DNA of 64,000 bases, taken from the NCBI GenBank assembly GCA_964016885.1, contig OZ024745.1, positions 78,368,001 to 78,432,000 of the forward strand, given 5' to 3'. Below, piece after piece: positions 57,446 to 64,000 of this stretch. Position 1 is the stretch's first letter. Every line of letters starts with the position of its first letter. This DNA comes from Eledone cirrhosa. Taxonomy: Eukaryota. Made by a program: the position numbers and the translations under genes. A model generated the notes under the pieces. It made no database searches. It was not told where the DNA came from and saw only the letters and a program-made list of their open reading frames with translations.

Positions 57446-58890
57446 ATTGATATAGAGACGGGGATACAAAGAGGAGGACAATTTGGTGCTAATTGATATT
57501 TAGAGGGTGGGTTACAAGAGATTTCTGTGCAATAGATATAGAGAGGGAGAGTTTGATGTTAATTGATATAGAGAGGAAATTGGGAGAGGGTGTTGTATGG
57601 TTGATATAGAGATGGGGTATTGGAAGAGAGTTCCGCGTAGTAGATATAGAGAGGAGGATAATTTGGTGCTAATTGATATACAAAAGGAGGTTGGAAGAGG
57701 TTTCCGTGTAGTAGATATAGAGAGGGGGAGAGTTTGGTAGTGATGGAGAGAGTGGGGGGGGAATGAGAGAGAGAGTGTTGTATGGTGTTAGTTGATATAA
57801 AGAGAGGTATTGGAAGAGAGTTTCGTTTATTAGATATAGAGAGGGGGGATTTGGTGGCCTTCTCGGGTCATAATTAATAGGAGGGGTGGCACTAATGGGA
57901 GATTGGGGGCTTTGGAAATTAGTCTTAGATATAGAGAGTGGGATAAGAGAAGCGGTGTTGTGGTAGATATAGAGAGGGGTAGAGTTTGGCTTTAATAGAT
58001 ACAGAGAGGGGGATTAAAAGAGAGTTTTGTGGGATAGACATAGAGAGGGATAGAGTTTGGTGGCACTCTCGGCTCCCAAATAATAGGAGGGTTGGCAATA
58101 GAGGGGATGCTTGGGAAATCAATAATTGTATAGTGTACGTTCAGAAATATGGGATTTCTTGTAATGTTCTTCTTTTGTCATATATAATGTTTTTTTAATG
58201 TAAAATAAAATTATTAGATTCTCCTGCTGCTCTGTCAATATGAATCACTTACAATAAAATTTCGTAGGAGGTAGATTAGCAAAATATAATAAGCGCATGG
58301 GGGAGGGGGGGATAAAAACCGGAGGGGACTGGAAAAAAAATCTGACAAATTAATAAGCGGAGGATGGGGTCGATTATTCAAGACCTGGGAGTACGTGAAT
58401 TATTGACGGACGTAAGAATGAAATCTTAATACCGAATTAGGGTTTAAATATTTATTATTGCTAAGCCGTGTTAGTCTAAAGTCTCACCTGTGTACTCACC
58501 GGACAAGACTGGTGATCCTGTGAGTGCGCAGGTGAAACCTTAGAGTAACAAATCTTACCAATAGCTATAATAAAAGGAAAACAATATATATATATATATA
58601 TAAGAGATTAGTAAATTGGGTATAATTTCTTACCAAATGCGAAGTAGCTCGATATATTAACCCTTTAGGAAAAGGCACAGAGCATAATTGTTTTTAATTA
58701 TATATATACAGTGGCGGTGGAACTGGCGGCGGAGGGTGCCTCCCTCTAATAATTATATTTTCTCCCAAAACTACCAAAAATACACATCTATTTGGATACG
58801 CGCTACAATTTATGTCCATGTTATGTTTGTTGCATATCGAAGTTTTCTGACCATTTTAGAGTGCAAAGAGCTAAACTAATCACTACAATT
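57446..58890 (+). repeat. Dispersed composite repeat (GATATAGAGAGGGG minisatellite plus conserved body); other copies at 7620-8130, 16277-17170 and partial 56400-56728
   Basis: Shared AATTGTATAGTGTACGTTC...AATGTAAAATAAAATTATTA...CTGACAAATTAATAAGCG...ATTATTCAAGACCTG. The 16277 and 58010 copies stay colinear for about 880 bp. Confidence 0.85.
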
Positions 58891-59628
58891 AAATTATCCG
58901 AATTTTTCCCCACCCCCACCACATGGTCATGACTGGAACGCTTTTAAGCATACTTCATTTTCATACAGGCTGACCTTGGACTAAAAATAACAGCGGCGAA
59001 GACTGAACAGTATTTTATATTCTTTTATATTCTGGAATCCCTTTAAGACAAATTGCACTTAATTGACATTTACTCCTTTAACGTCAATACCTTTAATATT
59101 TTTTAATATACATCGTCCGATACCCCTTTAACAACGTTTGTTGTTGTTTTGTTTTTACATTAATGATTTATAGGCAGTTTGATGCCTGTTTTAGTATCTT
59201 TCAACTTTCATTGGGTAAAAATTATTTTATAGTCAGACATCCTTTGTCAGTTAATTTTAATTAACTTGTAATAGAATCTATAGATCGTAACCTCGTTACG
59301 TCGCCTTTATTTTAATTGAACGAAGCATGTATTCTATAAACTGGGCTTCCTTTAAGAGAAATTGTTGAGTGGACAAAAATTCGATCAACTTGTCGCTTCT
59401 ATTTATTTTATATACTCCGGTTTAATGAAGAGTAAAATCGAATCTGCTAGAATTCGAATTTAAACCGCAAAGCAAGTGATTAATTTAGTGTAAAGAATTT
59501 AGAATTACATACAACTGCCATAGTATTAATCCACAACACAACACATCCTCATATTCCTTTGAGAAAAAAAGCATCTATTTTTTTTATTTAATGAGAGCTA
59601 ATATTTTATAGCCTGAAGCTTCTGTCAT

Positions 59629-59806
59629 AATTGTTTCTACTTTAGGCACAAGGCCAGCAATTACCCAGTGCATTACTGGTACTTTATTTTATCGACCCCG
59701 TAAGGATGAAAGGCAAAGTCAACCTCGGCGGGATTTGAACTCAGATCATAAAGGGACGTAACTATGCTGGAAAGCATGGCGTCCGACCCTCTACCGATAC
59801 TGCCAA
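59629..59806 (-). mobile_element. Same SINE family
   Basis: Consensus match with a GTCATAAT duplication. Confidence 0.9.
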
Positions 59807-59837
59807 GTCATAATGGTGTCTAATTTTAATACCGGGG

Positions 59838-59945
59838 TTTGTCCGGCCGCTTCCTCTTTGTACCGGTCGCCGTCGAGACCTCAGGCGTACTTGGATTCCA
59901 CACCGCCGCGCTCCTACGCAAGATCGGAGCGCGGGGCGCAGCACT
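59838..59945 (+). mobile_element. Short CRE-clade endonuclease fragment
   Basis: LSGRFLFVPVAVETSGVLGFHTAALLRKIG is homologous to LSDRFAAIPLAVGTSGVLGPRATSRLTTIG of the 36059 element. Confidence 0.7.
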
Positions 59946-61093
59946 TCTGCCCTCTTGCCCTAGGCCCAAAATCCTATCACCCATTCACCCCTCCCCTCTC
60001 TTCTGCAACACCAGAGCTCTTGCCATCCCCTCTCCTTCCTGTTCCAATTCATTGATTATATGGTTGAAAGTATCAACTGAATGAATCGGTGGTATATCTA
60101 TCTGTCAAACAACCAAATGATCCGCCGTTCTCCCAACTGGTATGTATGATATATTTTCAACTTGTCTCCTTATTCTTTTGAAGAATTCACCTCCCGATGA
60201 AGAAACTTGAATTAGTCCAATATTGGTTATTCCAATGTCTTGGAATGCCCTGTGTTGTATCTTGAGTTTTAGAAACCATGGTTGGGGGCATTATATAAGT
60301 TAAAGCTGGGTTTCTTTAGCCGATTTGACCCCAAAACGAGATTTTGTCTTAAGTTTAATATATTCTAATACTTCTCTGAGTGGATAATTAGTTTATTAAT
60401 TAATTGTCTTAAGTTTAATATATTTTAATATTTCTCTGAGTGGTTAATTAGTTTATTAATTTATTAATTTATTAATTTATTAATATACTTTGTCCTTTCA
60501 TTGAGATGCCTACGTATTAGAGACAATTGTGGCGCTATTAAGTTAGACATGGCCTGGGCCAATACTGGCCGAAACCTATCAAAGTTATCGAAGTTATATA
60601 TATAAAGAAAAAGAGCGAGAGAGAGGTGGGTGGATTGATAAATAGATATATAGTCTTTTTAATGGTAAGTTTTAAAACTTTTTAACAGCTTCATTCAATT
60701 TTTAATTAAAATTTTCAATTAAAAATTGAATGAATTCAATTATGTTATAGTTTGGGCTCGCTTTAACACTATTAATAATTAACTGAAGACAAATGTCGGG
60801 AGATAGATAGAGAGAGAGGGGGGGATATTGGGAGAGGGGGAGAAGGGGCCGTGGGGAAAAAGGGGTTGGGCAATGATTTTAACAGTTTCATTCACTTTTT
60901 AATTGAATGAAGTCAGTGATTTTATAGCGCTAGGCCTCTTTAACACATTCTGTTATTACTTGACTGGAGACAAATGCCGGGACTGGCTTATCACGAAAAA
61001 AAAATACTTAGATTCTCATTTATTTTCAGTTTGAAATTGGCAACCATATATTTCAACAGTGGAATAGCGCTTGATGCAGCATCACCAGTAGTA

Positions 61094-61126
<33 letters not shown>

Positions 61127-61473
61127 GTAAATTGACTAATTCATCAAGCAACAATGGTGTCTATTTATCAGTGGCCAGACACAACAATAACTACTACTAC
61201 TACTTCTACTACTACTATACAGTAACAACAACAACATTAACAGTACTAAGGGTAATTATCAGCAGCAACGACTAAACCAACAAAAAGCAAGAACAATATA
61301 ACCCAGTCATTTTGGAAAGTCATAACAACATTTGTATCGATAAACAAGAGTGAGATAGCTGAAACATCATCAACATCGTCATCATCATCACCAATAAAGA
61401 TTAAGAACTTTATCAAACACACACACACACATACACACAAATATATATATATATATATAGTTTTAATATAGAT

Positions 61474-61526
61474 GAGATTCTACAGGACTAGAACTGTTTC
61501 ATTCTTTAGAAATCATCAGGAATCTC
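61474..61526 (-). ncRNA. Type I hammerhead motif (left arm of an inverted repeat)
   Basis: Minus strand: GAGAUUC CUGAUGA u UUC uaaa GAA u GAA ACAG uucuaguc CUGU A GAAUCUC. 7-bp stem I, GUA triplet. Confidence 0.82.
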
Positions 61527-61593
61527 TCTTTTCTTGGTTGGTAATTCCACTGCTACTGTTGAAATTTGGCAGAAGTGCCCTTACTAGCCAAAT

Positions 61594-61642
61594 GATTCCT
61601 GATGATTTCTAAAGAATGAAACAGTTCTAGTCCTGTAGAATC
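61594..61642 (+). ncRNA. Type I hammerhead motif (right arm of the inverted repeat)
   Basis: GAUUC CUGAUGA uuucuaaagaau GAAACAG uucuaguc CUGU A GAAUC. Exact inverted copy of the 61476-61524 motif, with a 5-bp stem I. Confidence 0.8.
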
Positions 61643-61747
61643 TCATCTATATTAAAACTTTTATACTCTGCAATGTATTGAGTACCTTACTTACTGTGGT
61701 TACCTCCGATTCAACCCGGAATAACATATTATATATATATATATATA

Positions 61748-61778
<31 letters not shown>

Positions 61779-62999
61779 TTGGAGCTTCTTTGGTATGAAG
61801 TTCGCAGGCGGTCTCCAACTGCACACATTTGGCTAGTAAGGGCACTTCTGCCAAATTTCAACAGTAGCAGTGGAATTACCAACCAAGAAAATCACCGAAT
61901 ATCCGTACAGGTATGTCTTAAATTTCGAAAAAGACGGAAACTTGTCATAGGATATTTTAGAAGCAAAAGTAAATGCCGCAAGTAGCCATTGGATCGCATA
62001 TCAGATGCATATGAACTTTGAGCTGAGCAATCTGAATGGCGTTGAAGACATGAAGGCCACAGTAACTAATGTAATTCAAGATGAGCATAGCAGGAAAGTG
62101 TTTATTTTCTTTTTTCTTTTGGGACAGAAGATCAGTGTCCGTCACCAATTCAAGACATCCAAGTTTGGTTGGGAGAGCGAGGAAAGTATCTTCAATTCGG
62201 AAACCTGCACCGAATGCTTGCAACAAAATGGATTTCACAACATGTAGCCGATGCTGGCGACAAAACGAGTAACTGGTTAAGTCTAATGTCCAAGCAAGCA
62301 ACTGTGGGATTTGAACTCAGAATGCAAAGATCCTGATCAGATATCGCAAGTGCGACACTTTAATAATTCCGTTAATCGATTTCCCTAGGCTGGTATTTTA
62401 TTTTTTTGCTTCAAACATTCCTCCAATTTTTTCTACATCTTTTTCTCACTTGCCCTATATTACACTCACCCTCTCTCACTTTCTCCCCCTCTTTCTTTCT
62501 CTCGCTCCCTTCCTCCCTGAAAAACATTCATTGTGTTTATACCTGGAGAGGGTTTAGGTCTCAACAGGTTTAAAATGTCCAAAACAATATAACCACAGTG
62601 CCACAACGACACCACCAGAAATTAATTTCTTTCAATCAAAATCTTTCTCCAGCCCTGTCTTCATTGACTAACGTCTCTCCACACAAAAACTTCGGTATCA
62701 TACACAAATCTCTCTCTTTCTCTTTTTATCTATCATCGTCTCTATCATTCGCCCACTCTCTATATCTCTGTGATTTTATCACATTGCATCTCTAATTATC
62801 TTCTTTCCTTATTGAAGAACCCTTTCTAATTTCCACGTATCCTCTCTTACTAGCGCTTTCTATTCGTCTTTCTCATTTTCTTCCATCGCTCCTCTAATTC
62901 CACTCTCTGCTCGCCTGACAGAATTTAACAAAGTTTTTGTTCATACAGGTTAGTGTCTATATATACTTTATAGATAATGAACACAACCACAAGGATATG

Positions 63000-63267
63000 G
63001 TCCGAAAGTGGAAGAGCCGAACTCCCACTGTCATCGCCTTCATCTCTCTCGCCCTCCTCTTTTCTCTGTATGGTGAGCAAATGGGGTCCTACGTGTTGGC
63101 CTCCCGACAGCCCCGGCGGACAGAATTGAGGAGGCGTTTCCCCGGAGAATGGTAAGGGAGATGCGCTGGAAGAGCCATTCCAACACCTGCGGCTGGCCAG
63201 CTCAGCGCCTATGGTGGTGAGTAGGGAGGTAGCCTTAAGGCCAAGGACACCAGAAGTCTCCACTGCC
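63000..63267 (-). mobile_element. CRE-clade 3' end fragment, same family as 36059-37035
   Basis: 63107-63267 closely matches 36063-36237 at the nucleotide level, with a short deletion. Confidence 0.85.
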
Positions 63268-63885
63268 TGGAAGATTTCTAACAGTCTCTTTCTCCCCTCT
63301 TTTATTTCGTACCTCGTTTTCAAAACAATTTCGTTCAAAGAGCACCGATGTTTCACTGTTGTTTACACCCTTCACTTACATACATCTGCAATGAAATCTA
63401 ATAAGATGGAAACACGTTTGTTACTTTAAAGATAAGACACCTTAACATTGTGTGTAGCAACTCCAAATTTATTAATTTGTCGAGTTGATTTAATTGTGAC
63501 CGAAATCTCACTGCTCAGTCTAGCAGATGAGACATCCAGACCAATTTATATCTGCAAACATCGTTAAACATTGATCGACACCATGTGGTTTGGAGCTTAT
63601 TCAGACTATTACCTCACAACAGATATAAAGGTATTTTGTACAGTGTAGGATATATCTAAAGACAATTCCACTGATGAGTAGCTACTTGTCTTTTGTTGAC
63701 TTTTACTGGAATCGATAATCGATTACTTGGACCGATTTCCACTTGCTTGACGTTCTCTTGGAACTGTGAAACAGTTCTGTCAAGAATATTACTTTTATCC
63801 ATCTTAAATATCTAAATTTTTTCCTGAATATTATTTGTATTATATGTACAAAATACTATGTGATTCTCAAACGATATATGACTCC

Positions 63886-63942
<57 letters not shown>

Positions 63943-64000
63943 TTTCTCAATCTTCAAATTTTAATTTTACTTTTGTAAATGTATTTATTCTCCTGATCAC

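Larger units (their letters stand above)
61459..61891. mobile_element. Penelope-like inverted terminal-repeat remnant
   Basis: 66-bp perfect inverted arms at 61459-61524 and 61594-61659, each with a hammerhead. The spacer 61529-61593 recurs inverted at 61827-61891. Confidence 0.7.

Noticed and set aside
60344-60982. Short local duplications (60-bp unit at 60344-60460; ~110-bp at 60680 and 60877)
   Set aside because: Real but ordinary slippage or repeat-internal duplications with no further structure.

Overview
Repeat-rich, AT-rich eukaryotic DNA, most likely a cephalopod such as octopus (inferred from the SINE types and microsatellite load). I find one host gene: a plus-strand EGFL7/EGFL8-like gene. 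Seven coding exons from 8227 to 49865 were reconstructed by hand, all GT-AG and phase-compatible. They encode EMI, EGF, calcium-binding EGF and coiled-coil regions, 270 aa visible; the start/signal-peptide exon was not found. The rest of the window is a 46-bp satellite (1-5099), about 12 kb of compound (TA)n/TG microsatellite with a 200-N gap, many SINEs, decayed LINEs (RTE, CRE, Tx1/L1, HERO/NeSL-like), a Chapaev3-like transposase relic, Helitrons and MITEs. The most interesting signal is a set of sequence-distinct type I hammerhead ribozyme motifs of the Penelope/retrozyme kind. Five have intact cores (9842, 25282, 43235, 61474, 61594) and several are decayed. One sits in a 423-nt unit present as a ~1.5-mer, a candidate non-LTR retrozyme. 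All intact intronic motifs are antisense to the host gene. The long Y/I/M/C/V/H/T-rich ORFs in the track are microsatellite artefacts. All structures were folded by eye and no database searches were run.
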